A DNA stretch of 64,000 nucleotides from an uncultured Actinomycetes bacterium (GTDB lineage: Bacteria; Actinomycetota; Thermoleophilia; Gaiellales; Gaiellaceae): positions 75,056 through 139,055 of the forward strand of contig CAVWZB010000005.1 of assembly GCA_963759435.1 (NCBI GenBank), written 5' to 3'. Shown in pieces: positions 48,719 through 59,752 of this stretch. The notes beneath the pieces were generated by a model. That model searched no databases and was not told the DNA's origin. It was given only the letters and a program-made list of their open reading frames with translations. The translations under genes were made by a program, and so were the position numbers. Within the stretch, counting starts at the first letter, position 1, and every line of letters starts with the position of its first letter.

Positions 48719-49679
48719 AGCGGATGCGCGGGTCGAGGAAACCGTACGTGATGTCGGCGATCAGGTTGAAGACGATGATGATCACAGCCGTGACGAGCAG
48801 GTAGGCCATGACGGCGTACGTATCGCCCTGCCCGAGCTTCTGCACGAAGTAGAAGCCGAATCCGTCGAGCGTGAACACCGTCTCCGTCACGATCGCGCCG
48901 CCGAGCAGGCCGCCGATATTGAGGGCGGCCACGGTGGTGATCGGGATCAGCGCGTTGCGGAAGATGTGGCGCATGATCACCTTCCGCTCAGACACGCCCT
49001 TGGCTCGCGCGGTCCGTACGTAGTCGCTGTTGATCACATCGAGCATCGACGCGCGCATGTAGCGGCTGTAGAGCGCGAAGCTGATGATGAACAGCGTCAT
49101 CGCGGGCAGGGCGAGGTGCTGCAGCCGGTCGAGCGTGAACCAGCTCTCGCCCGGGATGCTGTTCAGGCCCGAGGTGTAGAAGATCCGGACGCCCCAGTGG
49201 TTGTACTCGTCGGTGAACGCGATCTGCAGGAGCAGCGCGAGCCAGAACACCGGCATCGCGAAGCCGAGGAAGCTGACGGTCGTGAAGCTGTAGTCGAAGA
49301 ACGAGTACTGCTTGATCGCCGAGTAGATCCCGACGGAGATCCCGACGATGATCGCCACGGACTCGGAGAGGATGCAGAGCTGCGCCGTGTGGCCCATGGT
49401 GCGCTGGACGTCGGGCCAGATCGGCTGCAGCGTGACGAGCGACTTGCCAAGCTTGTTGGTGAACACGTCCTGCACCCAGTAGAAGTAGCGGACGATCACC
49501 GGCTGGTTGAGGTGGTACTGAAGGGTCAGCAGGTGGATCAGGTGCGGGGTGGCCCGCGGGTTCTGACGGACCGTCGCGAGCGGGTTCGAGGCGTACGAGA
49601 CGAAGAGGAAGCTGAAGAAGGTCGAGAAGAACAACACCGGAATGCTGTAGAGCACTCGTCTGGCGATGAAGGTGAGCAA
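48711..49679 (-). CDS. ABC transporter permease (OppB/DppB-like)
   Basis: ORF, 322 aa. N-terminus MLTFIARRVLYSIPVLF and loop DYVRTARAKGVSERKVIMRHIFRNAL. Confidence 0.92.
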   Translation of the reverse strand: MLTFIARRVLYSIPVLFFSTFFSFLFVSYASNPLATVRQNPRATPHLIHLLTLQYHLNQPVIVRYFYWVQDVFTNKLGKSLVTLQPIWPDVQRTMGHTAQLCILSESVAIIVGISVGIYSAIKQYSFFDYSFTTVSFLGFAMPVFWLALLLQIAFTDEYNHWGVRIFYTSGLNSIPGESWFTLDRLQHLALPAMTLFIISFALYSRYMRASMLDVINSDYVRTARAKGVSERKVIMRHIFRNALIPITTVAALNIGGLLGGAIVTETVFTLDGFGFYFVQKLGQGDTYAVMAYLLVTAVIIIVFNLIADITYGFLDPRIRYD

Positions 49680-49789
49680 GGGCTCTTCTCCGCTTGTGGT
49701 GGGAAATCGACACCGGATCCGCGCCCGAGACGGGCGCGGATCCGGATATGTCGATCGTACGGTAGTACCTAGCCTAGGAGCCTAGAGCG

Positions 49790-51577
49790 CTAGCTGCTCC
49801 ACTTCCAGTTCTCGATGTTCCACGTCGGGCCCTCAGACGTCGGGTTGTCCGACTTGCTCATGCCCTGGATCGCCTTCTTGTAGATGAGGATCACGGGGCG
49901 AGCATAGAGCGGGATGATCGCGACCTGCTGCGACTCGATCTTCGCAGCTGCCTCGTAGTACGACTGCCGCTTCGTCAGGTTGAGCTCAGCGTCGCCCTTG
50001 CGGAGCAGCTTGTCAACCTTGTGGTTGCAGTAGTTCTTGTAGTTCTGGCCACCCAGGTTCTTGGCGGTGTCGACGCACTGGTAGATCGAGTCGAAGCCGG
50101 ACGGATCCGGGCCTCCGCTCCAGGCGTACTCGGCCAGGTCGAACTTGCCGGTGGGCAGCAGGTTCGTGAAGAAGTCCGGCTGCGCCGTGAAGTACTTGAT
50201 GTCGAGCTTGATCCCGATAGCCATCGCCTGCTGCTGGAACACCTGCACGCTCAGCTCACGGGCGGGAGCAGTGGTCGTGTAGAGGTTGAGCTCGGCCTTC
50301 TGGCCGGCGCACGTCCACACCTTCGAGTTGCTCTTGCTCGGGGTGGACGGACCACCCGTGCACCCGTGTGACTTCAGGGTCTTGATGGCCTTCTTCGGGT
50401 TGTAGTTGTAGATCCCGAAGTAGCCGTACTTGCCGGTCGCGGGAGCACCAGTCTCCCACTCCGGGTTGTTCAGCGGCTTGAGCTTGTTCTTGGGAACGAT
50501 GCCCTGGTAGACGGTGTTGATCACCGGCTGCCGGTTCAAGCTCATGGCAAGCGCGCCGCGGAAGTACTGCTTCTTGAGCAGCACCGCGCCGGCCGCCGTG
50601 TGCGTGCCACCAGCGGCGCTGCCGGCCGGTCCGAACTCGACATCGATGTGCTCCTGGACGTAGCCCGGAGTCACGACGCTGGCGAGATTCTTCTGCGACA
50701 GCAGCGACGACAGAGCGGTGGTCGGCGTACCCGGGAAGATCGCGTCGACCTCTCCGCCCTTCATTGCCTGGACCTCGGAGTTCTCGTCGTTGATCAGCTG
50801 ACCGACGACTTCCTTGAGGGCCGGCTTCTTGCCGTACCACTTCGTGTTGGCCTTGAGGATCAGGCCCTGGCCCGGAGTCCAGCTGGACAGGTAGAACGGG
50901 CCGTCCGAGATCGGCTTGCCATCGTTACCGCAGACGCAATGGGCCCACAGCGTGTTCCAGTTCTGGCCCTTGATCGCGTAGGACGGATAGATGTAGCCGA
51001 ACAGGTCACGGTAGTCGGCGAACGGCGTGCTCCAGCGGAAGGTGACGACCTTCCCATGGCCGCTGGCCTTCGCACTCGTGATCTTGTCGTAGCCCGTCGT
51101 GGAGGCAACCGCGTTGCCCGGCTTCACGAACTGCTGCCACGTGTAGATGTAGTCAGCAGCGGTGACCGGATGCAGCCCGTGGCCGATCCAGTTCCACTTC
51201 GCGCTCGGCTTGATCCAGATCTTCAGATACTTCTTGGTGGCGACGACCTTCTTCGCCATGTCGAGGTGGTAGTTGCCCTTCTGATCGATGATGTAGTTAC
51301 CGCGAATGACCGGCGTCTCACCGAAGTACGCCGCCCAAGCACCGGTGAAGTTCTCGTTGGCGAGGTTGAAGCCACCGGCGTCCTGCTCCATGGCGAACTT
51401 GACGACACTCTTCGCCGCACGTCCCGACGGTGTGCGCGGAACGTTCGAAAGCGCCTTCGCGAACGGGGTCGCAGCCCGAGCAGAGCTCGTGCTGTTGACC
51501 GTCATCGCGGCAGCGGAGCCAGCCAGCCCGAGCACGGCAGCGACCGCGGCCACGAGGAACCAGACCCGTTTATGCAT
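49790..51577 (-). CDS. ABC transporter substrate-binding protein, family 5 (peptide/nickel)
   Basis: In ORF 49790-51628. The ATG at 51577 gives MHKRVWFLVAAVAAVLGLAGSAAA. The length of about 595 aa and its position at the head of the opp-like operon support the call. Confidence 0.9.
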   Translation of the reverse strand: MHKRVWFLVAAVAAVLGLAGSAAAMTVNSTSSARAATPFAKALSNVPRTPSGRAAKSVVKFAMEQDAGGFNLANENFTGAWAAYFGETPVIRGNYIIDQKGNYHLDMAKKVVATKKYLKIWIKPSAKWNWIGHGLHPVTAADYIYTWQQFVKPGNAVASTTGYDKITSAKASGHGKVVTFRWSTPFADYRDLFGYIYPSYAIKGQNWNTLWAHCVCGNDGKPISDGPFYLSSWTPGQGLILKANTKWYGKKPALKEVVGQLINDENSEVQAMKGGEVDAIFPGTPTTALSSLLSQKNLASVVTPGYVQEHIDVEFGPAGSAAGGTHTAAGAVLLKKQYFRGALAMSLNRQPVINTVYQGIVPKNKLKPLNNPEWETGAPATGKYGYFGIYNYNPKKAIKTLKSHGCTGGPSTPSKSNSKVWTCAGQKAELNLYTTTAPARELSVQVFQQQAMAIGIKLDIKYFTAQPDFFTNLLPTGKFDLAEYAWSGGPDPSGFDSIYQCVDTAKNLGGQNYKNYCNHKVDKLLRKGDAELNLTKRQSYYEAAAKIESQQVAIIPLYARPVILIYKKAIQGMSKSDNPTSEGPTWNIENWKWSS

Positions 51578-51724
51578 TGGATTACCCTCCGTTCGGTGCG
51601 CGCCGGGAGCCTCGGACGGCGGCGCCAACTCGCTCCGACGCTCGATCGAGCGTCCGTCAAATGCTTTAGACGACCGGCGGCCAGCTTTAGTTAGAAGCCC
51701 CTAAGAGTGCGGCGCCGAATGGGT

Positions 51725-52168
51725 CTAAACAGGCCTGAAGCTGGGGTTCTGCGTGTTCACGGAGGGGGCGACGAATACGCCGTCCTCCAGCACGCGACCG
51801 TCCGAGACCTCATGGCCGGTGAACCGCACGCTCGAGCGTCCGGCGTTCCGGGCACCCAGGGTTCCGTGCCGGCCGGGAGCGAAGAACATCGTCGCGACCA
51901 GAGCTGCGGCCGATGCGACCGCGACCGCGGAGCCGACTCTCCAGCTGGCCCGGCGCCGCGACAACCCGAAGCGCTCTGCCGGCACCTCGAGAGTCGCTTC
52001 TCGCAACCGTGCGGTCAGGCCGCGTATCTGTTCGGCCCACACCGAGCACTCAGGACAGATCAGGAGGTGGTTCTCGAGGTGGTCGAGCTCGTGCGCCGAC
52101 AGCTCACCGTCGAGCTGAGCGGAAACGGACTCGCGGGCGCGAGCACAAACTGTCTCAGGAAGCTGCAC
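51725..52168 (-). CDS. zf-HC2-type anti-sigma factor with one TM segment
   Basis: ORF, 147 aa. GAGGAGAAC precedes the GTG. LDGELSAHELDHLENHLLICPECSVWAEQI is the H-x3-C-x2-C motif, and the TM segment is VGSAVAVASAAALVATMFFA. Confidence 0.8.
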   Translation of the reverse strand: MQLPETVCARARESVSAQLDGELSAHELDHLENHLLICPECSVWAEQIRGLTARLREATLEVPAERFGLSRRRASWRVGSAVAVASAAALVATMFFAPGRHGTLGARNAGRSSVRFTGHEVSDGRVLEDGVFVAPSVNTQNPSFRPV

Positions 52169-52207
52169 GTTCTCCTCAAGGTCTCTGACGGGACGTTGTA
52201 AGGAAAG

Positions 52208-54128
52208 TTAGCCGCGCTCGGCCACCAGGCCGGCGAACCAGTCGAGCGCCTCCGGATTTGCGAGCGCATCACGGCTCGTCACCTCGTCGGGCGACGCCCC
52301 CATCAGGAGGCGTTTCACCGGCACCTCGAGGATCTTCCCCGACAGCGTGCGCGGGATCTCGGGGGCGGCGAGCACCGCGTCCGGAACGTGGCGCGGCGAG
52401 CAGTCTTCGCGGATCCGGCGGCGGATCTCCGCTGCGAGCCCGTCGTCGAGGACGGCGCCGTCGCGCAGGACGACGAACAGCGTCATGCGACTTCCCTCCC
52501 CGTCGGGGACGTCGACCACGAGCGCGTCGAGCACCTCGTCGAGCGCGAGGACGCTGCGATACAGCTCGCTCGTCCCCATCCGCACGCCGCCCCGGTTGAT
52601 CGTCGCGTCGGAGCGGCCGGTGATGATCGCGGTGCCCCGCTCGGTGATCTCGATCCAGTCGCCGTGACGCCAGACGCCGGGAAACGTGGAGAAGTAGCTC
52701 TCGCGGTAGCGCGACCCGTCCTCGTCGCCCCAGAGATAGAGAGGCATGGAGGGCATCGGCTCGGTGATCACGAGCTCGCCGACCTCGCCCACGAGCGGAC
52801 GCCCCGTCCTCGCTCCACGCCTCGACCTTCGCGCCGAGCGCCCGCGCCTGCAGCTCGCCGCGGTAGACCGGGAGGGTGGGAACGCCGCCGACGAAGGCCG
52901 TGCAGACGTCGGTGCCGCCGGAGGTGGAGAAGAGCCAGACGTCCTCGCCGAGCCGGTCGCGCACCCAGTCGAAGCCCTCGGGAGCGAGCGGCGAGCCGGT
53001 CGAGCCGACGCTGTCCAGGCGGGAGAGGTCTCGCCCGGCGCGCGGCTGAACGTCCGCCTTCTGGCAGGCGGCGATGTAGCCGGCGCTCGTGCCGAAGGAC
53101 GTGATGCCCGCCGCGTCGGCGAGATCCCACAGCGTCCCGAGATCCGGGTACGCCGGGTTCCCGTCGAAGAGGACGACCGACGCTTCCGAGAGCAGGCCGC
53201 CGACGAGGAAGTTCCACATCATCCAGCCGGTCGTCGTGAACCAGAACAGCCGGTCGCCGGCGCGCGCGTCGAGGTGGAGGCGGAGCTTCTTCAGGTGCTC
53301 GAGCAGGATCCCGCCCTGGCCGTGGACGATCGCCTTCGGCAGCCCCGTCGTGCCCGAGCTGTAGAGCACCCAGAGCGGGTGGTCGAAGGGAAGCTGCGCG
53401 AACTCGAGCTCGGCCGCGGGCAGCTCCCACTCCCCGCCGGCGAGGTAGGGGAGAACGAGCGTCTGCCGGAGCGTCGGGAGTGCCTCCTGCAGGGCCGCGA
53501 TCGTCTCGCTGCGGTCGAAGTCCTTGCCGCCGTAGCGGTAGCCGTCGACGGTGAGCAGCACCTTCGGCTCGATCTGGGCGAAGCGATCGACGACGCTGCG
53601 GACGCCGAACTCCGGCGCGCAGCTCGACCACGTCGCGCCGATGCTCGCGCAGCCGAGAAAGGCCGCGATCGTCTCGGGGATGTTCGGGAGATAGGCGGCC
53701 ACGCGGTCACCTGCCTCGACCCCTGCTTCTCGTAGCGCGCCCGCGACGGCCCCGGCGTGTGCGCGCAGCTCTCCCCACGTCCACTCGCCCAGCGGCCGCA
53801 GCTCCGAGGCATGACGGATCGCCACGTCGTCGTCGGCGCGGCCGCGGAAGACGTGCTCCGCATAGCTGAGCCGTGCGCCCGGGAACCAATCGGCTCCCGG
53901 CATCTCGCGCGTGGTGAGCACGCGCTCGTACGGCTCGCTCGCCTCGACGTCGAAGAACTCCCAGATCGACGCCCAGAACTCCTCGAGCTCGTCGACCGAC
54001 CACTGCCACAGGTCGGTGTAGCCCTCGAGAGCGAGCCCGCGCGTCTCGTTGAGCCACTCCCGGTAGCGGGTGATCGCCGCGGAAGCGATCCGCTCGGGGC
54101 TCGGCGTCCAGACGATCGGCGGCTCCAT
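52208..54128 (-). pseudogene. Acetoacetyl-CoA synthetase (AMP-forming) with an apparent +1 frame break at about 52802-52806
   Basis: ORF 52269-54128 reads well to ...AKVEAWSEDG (YSSGTTGLPK AMP motif present). The rest lies in ORF 52208-52792 (RPLVGEVGELVITEPMPSMPLYLWGDEDGSRY...). The switch falls in a run of four C (plus strand), which is four G in the coding sense. Confidence 0.8.
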
Positions 54129-54166
54129 GCAGCCGATCGTAGTCGTGCCGGCGGTAAGGTCAGCTC

Positions 54167-55432
<1,266 letters not shown>

Positions 55433-55450
55433 GCCTGGAGCTCGGAAACT

Positions 55451-55600
55451 GACACGGCCCCTCCGGCCACGTCTCGGTGCCAGGCACGGGGACGTGTCGC
55501 AGTTGGACATGGCCAACATCCCTGTCGCGCAGTCCGAGCCAAGTCGACACACTCGATGTCCGAAGGAGCCATGGCTCGGTGCCTGGCACCGAGCCGTGTC
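55451..55600. repeat. Long-range inverted repeat / structured element in the gltA 3' intergenic region
   Basis: The left arm is GACACGGC (55451-58) ... CTCGGTGCCAGGCAC (55473-87). The right arm is GTGCCTGGCACCGAG (55579-93) plus GCCGTGTC (55593-600). The 15-nt and 8-nt blocks are perfect reverse complements. The right arm also contains the local palindrome CTCGGTGCC-T-GGCACCGAG (55575-93). Confidence 0.6.
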
Positions 55601-55627
55601 CAGAGGAGGCAGTCTCCGAGCGGCTCG

Positions 55628-56038
55628 TTAGCGGCGGAGCTGCACCTTTCCCTCGTCGCCGGCCGGCGCGGAGGTGTGCTCGTGGGCGATCTTCCAGCCG
55701 CCGTCGGCGTCCTTGCGGAGGATCCAGGTCAGGCGATTGTTCATCGAGCGCAGCTCGGTGCCGTCGGAGGCGACGGCCGCAAAGGTGGTGAACGCACTCA
55801 CCGCGGCGACGTCCTCCCCGGCCTGAGTGCGGATCTCGTCGAACTCGACCGCCACGACCTCGTCGTCTGCCAGCGAGCCGAACCACTCCGTGACCATCTC
55901 CCGGAACGCCGGCTTCCCGTCGTACGACCATTCGCTCCAGAGATCGAACGTGCGGACATCGTCCGCGTAGAGACCCACGAACGCATCGACGTCCTTGGCG
56001 CGGACGGCTGCGGCGTAGCTGTCGAGCATCTGCTCCAT
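55628..56038 (-). CDS. SnoaL-like / NTF2-fold protein (DUF4440-like)
   Basis: ORF, 136 aa. LDSYAAAVRAKDVDAFVGLYADDVRTFD...RLTWILRKDADGGWKIAHEHTS. Confidence 0.8.
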   Translation of the reverse strand: MEQMLDSYAAAVRAKDVDAFVGLYADDVRTFDLWSEWSYDGKPAFREMVTEWFGSLADDEVVAVEFDEIRTQAGEDVAAVSAFTTFAAVASDGTELRSMNNRLTWILRKDADGGWKIAHEHTSAPAGDEGKVQLRR

Positions 56039-56064
56039 CGGTCGCTCCTTCCTAGCTGTCGATC

Positions 56065-56985
56065 TCAGGACCCGGCGACGAGGCGAAACTCATCGGAGAG
56101 CGCCTCGCGTTCGTCGGCGGCGAGCGGCGCGGCAAGGGCGGCGAGCGCGGGCTCGAGCTGAGCCGGACGGCGGGGGCCGATGACGACGGAGACGCGCTCG
56201 TCCGCGAGCAGCCACGCGAGCGCAAGCGTCGTCGGGTCGCCCCGGCGCTCGAGCGCCTCGAGCGCCTCGTAGACGGCATCGGTGCGCAGGTGCTCGTACG
56301 GGCCCGAGCGCAAGGTCATCCGCGAGCCCTCGGGCGCCGGCGCGTCACGGCGGTACTTCCCCGTGAGCCAGCCGCCCATGAGCGGGGAGTGCACCTGGAA
56401 CCACAGGCCGTGCTCCGCGCAGAGCGGCAGCACTTCGTCCTCCACCTCGCGGTCGAGCAGCGAGTAGGAGTCCTGGACGGCGGCGAACGCGCCGGCGTCC
56501 AGCGCCTGGCGCAGCTGGGTGCCGTCGACATTGCTGACGCCGTAGGCGCCGATCTTGCCGGCGGCGACGAGCTCCTCGAAGACGCCGGCGAGCTCGGCAG
56601 CCGGGACGTCTTCGTCCCAGGCGTGCGCGAGATAGAGGTCGACGCGCTCGACGCCGAGCCGGCCGAGGCTGGTGTCGATCTGCCTCCGCACGCGGTCCGG
56701 CGCAAGCCCGTGATCCTCGCCTTCGGCCATCGGGTTGAAGGTCTTCGTCGTGATGCGAAGCCCGTCGGGGCGGCGCGAGCGGACCCACTCCCCGATGTAC
56801 GTCTCGCTGCGGCCGCCGCCGTAGGCGTCGGCCGTGTCGAACCAGGTGATGCCCGCCTCCCAGGCCGCGTCCATGAGCTCGAGCGCCTGCTCCAGCGTCT
56901 CGCCCTTCTCGAAGAAGGCCGGGGCCGAGCCGATGCCGCCGAAGTTGCCACAACCGAGGATCACCCGGGGGTAGGCTCGCTCCAT
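56065..56985 (-). CDS. Aldo/keto reductase
   Basis: In ORF 56065-57261. The ATG at 56985 gives MERAYPRVILGCGNFGG...WFDTADAYGGGRSE...VDLYLAH...GAYGVSN. Confidence 0.9.
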   Translation of the reverse strand: MERAYPRVILGCGNFGGIGSAPAFFEKGETLEQALELMDAAWEAGITWFDTADAYGGGRSETYIGEWVRSRRPDGLRITTKTFNPMAEGEDHGLAPDRVRRQIDTSLGRLGVERVDLYLAHAWDEDVPAAELAGVFEELVAAGKIGAYGVSNVDGTQLRQALDAGAFAAVQDSYSLLDREVEDEVLPLCAEHGLWFQVHSPLMGGWLTGKYRRDAPAPEGSRMTLRSGPYEHLRTDAVYEALEALERRGDPTTLALAWLLADERVSVVIGPRRPAQLEPALAALAAPLAADEREALSDEFRLVAGS

Positions 56986-58154
56986 GGCAGCGACCCTATT
57001 GGACGTCGAAGCCGTCGCGTTCGCGCTTCTCGGCGCTGCGCGACGGCGGGTTCGTCTTCCTCGACGCGCCGGGTGGCTCGCAGGTGCCGGACGAGGTGGG
57101 AGACGCGATCGCGCGGACGTTGCGCGAGGCGAGCGCCAACATCGGCGCGACCTACGAGACGAGCAAGCGCGTCGAGCAGATCCTCTCGACCGCGCGCGAG
57201 GACGCGGCCCGCTTCTTCGGCTGCTCGTCCGACGACGTGATCTTCGGGACGAACATGACATGGCTCGATTTCGCGCTCTCGCGTACCGCGGCGCGCGACT
57301 GGAAGGAGGGCGACCGGATCCTCGTCTCCCGCCTCGACCACGACGGAGGCGTCGCGCCGTGGATCGAGCTCGCGGCCGACCGCGGCTTCGAGGTCGAGTG
57401 GGTGAACGTCACGGAGGATCTGCGTCTCGACTACGACGACCTCGCGAACCGGCTCGACGAGCGCGTGCGCGTCGTCGCGTGCGTCGGGTCGTCGAACGCG
57501 ATCGGGACGATCGTGGACGTCGCGCGCGTGTCGGAGCTGGCGCACGAGGCGGGCGCGTTGTGCTGGGTCGACGCCGTGCAGTACGCGGCGCACGTGCCGA
57601 CCGATGTGCAGGCGCTCGGCTGCGACGTCTTCATCGCGTCCGCGTACAAGTTCTGCGGGCCGCACGTCGGCGTCGCGTACGGCCGGCACGACCTGCTCGA
57701 GTCCTGGCGTCCGTACAAGGCGCGTCCGGCCGCGTCGGAGCCGGTCGGCCGCCGCTTCGAGGTCGGAACGGCACCGTACGAGCTCCTCGCGGGCTTCTCC
57801 GCGACGCTCGCCTACCTCGATTCGATCGGCGGTATGGAGGCGATCGCCGCCTACGAACGCGAGCTCGGTCAGCGCTTCCTCGACGGCCTGCCGGACGGCG
57901 CGACCGTCTACGGGCTGCAGACGATGGACGGCCGAGTCGCCACGTTCCTCGTCAACCTCGAGGGTGTCGATGCCGTGGACGCCGTGAAGCGGCTCTCCGA
58001 CGAGGGCTTCGGGGTGTGGGCGCACGACAACTGGTTCTCGCTCGGGCTGCGGGAGAAGCTCCCGTACCCGGACAGCGCGATCCGCGTCGGCCTGATCCAC
58101 TACAACACCGCGGACGAGATCGACCGGTTCAACGCGGCTCTCGCAGCGCTCTAG
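56984..58154 (+). pseudogene. Class-V PLP aminotransferase / cysteine-desulfurase-like protein with an apparent +1 frame break at about 57014-57018
   Basis: ORF 57084-58154 holds the body (SSNAIGTIVDV..., PLP-Lys region FIASAYKFCGPH). Its frame stays open upstream and encodes RSRFSALRDGGFVFLDAPGGSQVP, which has no in-frame start. ATG 56984 (MAATLLDVEAV) supplies the start in the neighbouring frame. Confidence 0.7.
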
Positions 58155-58162
58155 TACCGTAG

Positions 58163-58176
58163 CGAACATATGTTCG
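58163..58176. promoter_or_regulatory. LexA (SOS/Cheo) box overlapping the dinB start codon
   Basis: CGAACATATGTTCG is a perfect palindrome matching the Gram-positive GAAC-N4-GTTC consensus. The central ATG (58170-58172) is the dinB start codon. Confidence 0.8.
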
Positions 58177-59336
58177 TGCTGCACGCGGATGCGGACGCGT
58201 TCTTCGCGTCGGTCGAGCAGCGGGACGACCCGCGGCTCCGTGGCCGGCCGGTCATCGTCGGCGGCGGCGTCGTGCTGGCGGCGAGCTACGAGGCGAAGGC
58301 GTACGGGATCCGCACGGCGATGGGCGGGCGGCAGGCGCGCCGGCTCTGCCCCGACGCGATCGTCGTCCGGCCGCGCCACGATGCGTACACCGAGGCGAGC
58401 CGCGCGATGTTCGCCGTGTTCGAGGACGCCTCTCCCGTCGTCGAGGGGCTGTCGATCGACGAGGCGTTCCTCGACGTACGCGGGATGGAGCGCATCGCCG
58501 GTACGCCCGTCGAGATCGCCGTGCGGTTGCGAGCTGCGGTGCGCGAGCGCGTCGGGCTACCCGTCACCGTGGGCATTGCGCGGACCAAGTTCCTGGCGAA
58601 AGTCGCAAGCGGCGTCGCCAAGCCGGACGGCCTGATCGCCGTGCCGCCCGACCGCGAGCTTGCGTTCCTGCACCCGCTGCCGGTCGAATGCGTCTGGGGC
58701 GTCGGCCCGGCGACCGCGAAGCGCCTGCAGGCGTGGAACGTGCGGACGGTCGGCGAGCTCGCCGGCCTCTCGGAGTCGACGCTCGTCGCGATGCTCGGGC
58801 AGGCGATGGGCCGCCAGCTCAGCGCGCTCGCGCACAACCGCGACTTCCGGCGGGTGGAGCCCGGCAAGCGGCGCGGTTCGATCGGCTCGCAGCGCGCGCT
58901 GGGGCTCGGGCGTCACTCGGCGGAGACGATCGACGCGACGCTGGTGGGCATCGTCGACCGGATCACACGGCGCCTACGCGCGGCACGGCGCGTCGGGCGG
59001 ACGGTCGTCCTGCGCCTCCGCTTCGGCGATTTCGAGCGCGCGACGCGCTCGCACACGCTTCCGTTCGCGACCGCCAACACGCAGGCGATCCTCGTCACGG
59101 CTCGCGCCCTCCTCGCCACCGCGACGCCGCTGATCGAGCGGCGTGGGGTCACGCTCGTCGGCTGCTCGGTCGCCACGCTCGAGGCCGAACGGCCACGTCA
59201 GCTCCTGCTCGGACCGGAGGAGTCGCTCGACGCTGCCGTCGACGCGATCCGCGACCGCTACGGCAGCGCGGCGATCACGCGCGCCGTCCTGCTCGGCCGC
59301 GATCCCGGCTTCTCCATGCCGTTACTGCCGGACTGA
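58170..59336 (+). CDS. dinB: DNA polymerase IV (Y-family translesion polymerase)
   Basis: ORF, 388 aa. MFVLHADADAFFASVEQRDDP, SIDEAFLDV and GIARTKFLAKVAS are present. Confidence 0.95.
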   Translation: MFVLHADADAFFASVEQRDDPRLRGRPVIVGGGVVLAASYEAKAYGIRTAMGGRQARRLCPDAIVVRPRHDAYTEASRAMFAVFEDASPVVEGLSIDEAFLDVRGMERIAGTPVEIAVRLRAAVRERVGLPVTVGIARTKFLAKVASGVAKPDGLIAVPPDRELAFLHPLPVECVWGVGPATAKRLQAWNVRTVGELAGLSESTLVAMLGQAMGRQLSALAHNRDFRRVEPGKRRGSIGSQRALGLGRHSAETIDATLVGIVDRITRRLRAARRVGRTVVLRLRFGDFERATRSHTLPFATANTQAILVTARALLATATPLIERRGVTLVGCSVATLEAERPRQLLLGPEESLDAAVDAIRDRYGSAAITRAVLLGRDPGFSMPLLPD

Positions 59337-59341
59337 GGCTG

Positions 59342-59752
59342 CTAGTCCGACCGTGGGATGTCCGCGAAGTGCGCGGGGTTCCAGGAGGACGCGAACGGCC
59401 CATCGGGGGAGCCGACGACGAGCAGCACCGTTCCGGCTGTCAGCGCCTTCGCGCGACGGCGGACCGTGGGGTCGGTGACCGCGAGGACCTCTCCGCGATC
59501 GAGACGCACCTCCTCGCCGTCGAGCTCGAAGGCAGCCGCGCCGTCGAGGACGACGTAGAGCTCTTGTTGGCCGCTCTCCCGCTCATCGTGCTCTTCGACG
59601 AGCAGTTGATCGCCGTGGCGGGCGACGAAGACGTTGGCGCCGAACGTGTCGATGCCGAGGGCATGTTGAAGCGGATACCAGACCGGATCGTCGGGCTCGC
59701 CGTCCGACACGACGGGCAGTTCCGTGATCCGACTGGCCGCCCAGCGGCTCAT
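59342..59752 (-). CDS. Cupin-domain protein
   Basis: In ORF 59342-60319. The ATG at 59752 overlaps the upstream stop (ATGA). GANVFVARHGDQLLVEEHDERESGQQELYVVLDGAAAFELDGEEVRL is a cupin_2-like barrel. Confidence 0.8.
   Translation of the reverse strand: MSRWAASRITELPVVSDGEPDDPVWYPLQHALGIDTFGANVFVARHGDQLLVEEHDERESGQQELYVVLDGAAAFELDGEEVRLDRGEVLAVTDPTVRRRAKALTAGTVLLVVGSPDGPFASSWNPAHFADIPRSD

Noticed and set aside
55444-55475. GGAAAC ... CACGTCTC resembling the microprotein ECF-type promoter.
   Set aside because: The spacer is 21 nt rather than 17. It lies in a 3'-3' intergenic region with no downstream gene in that orientation.
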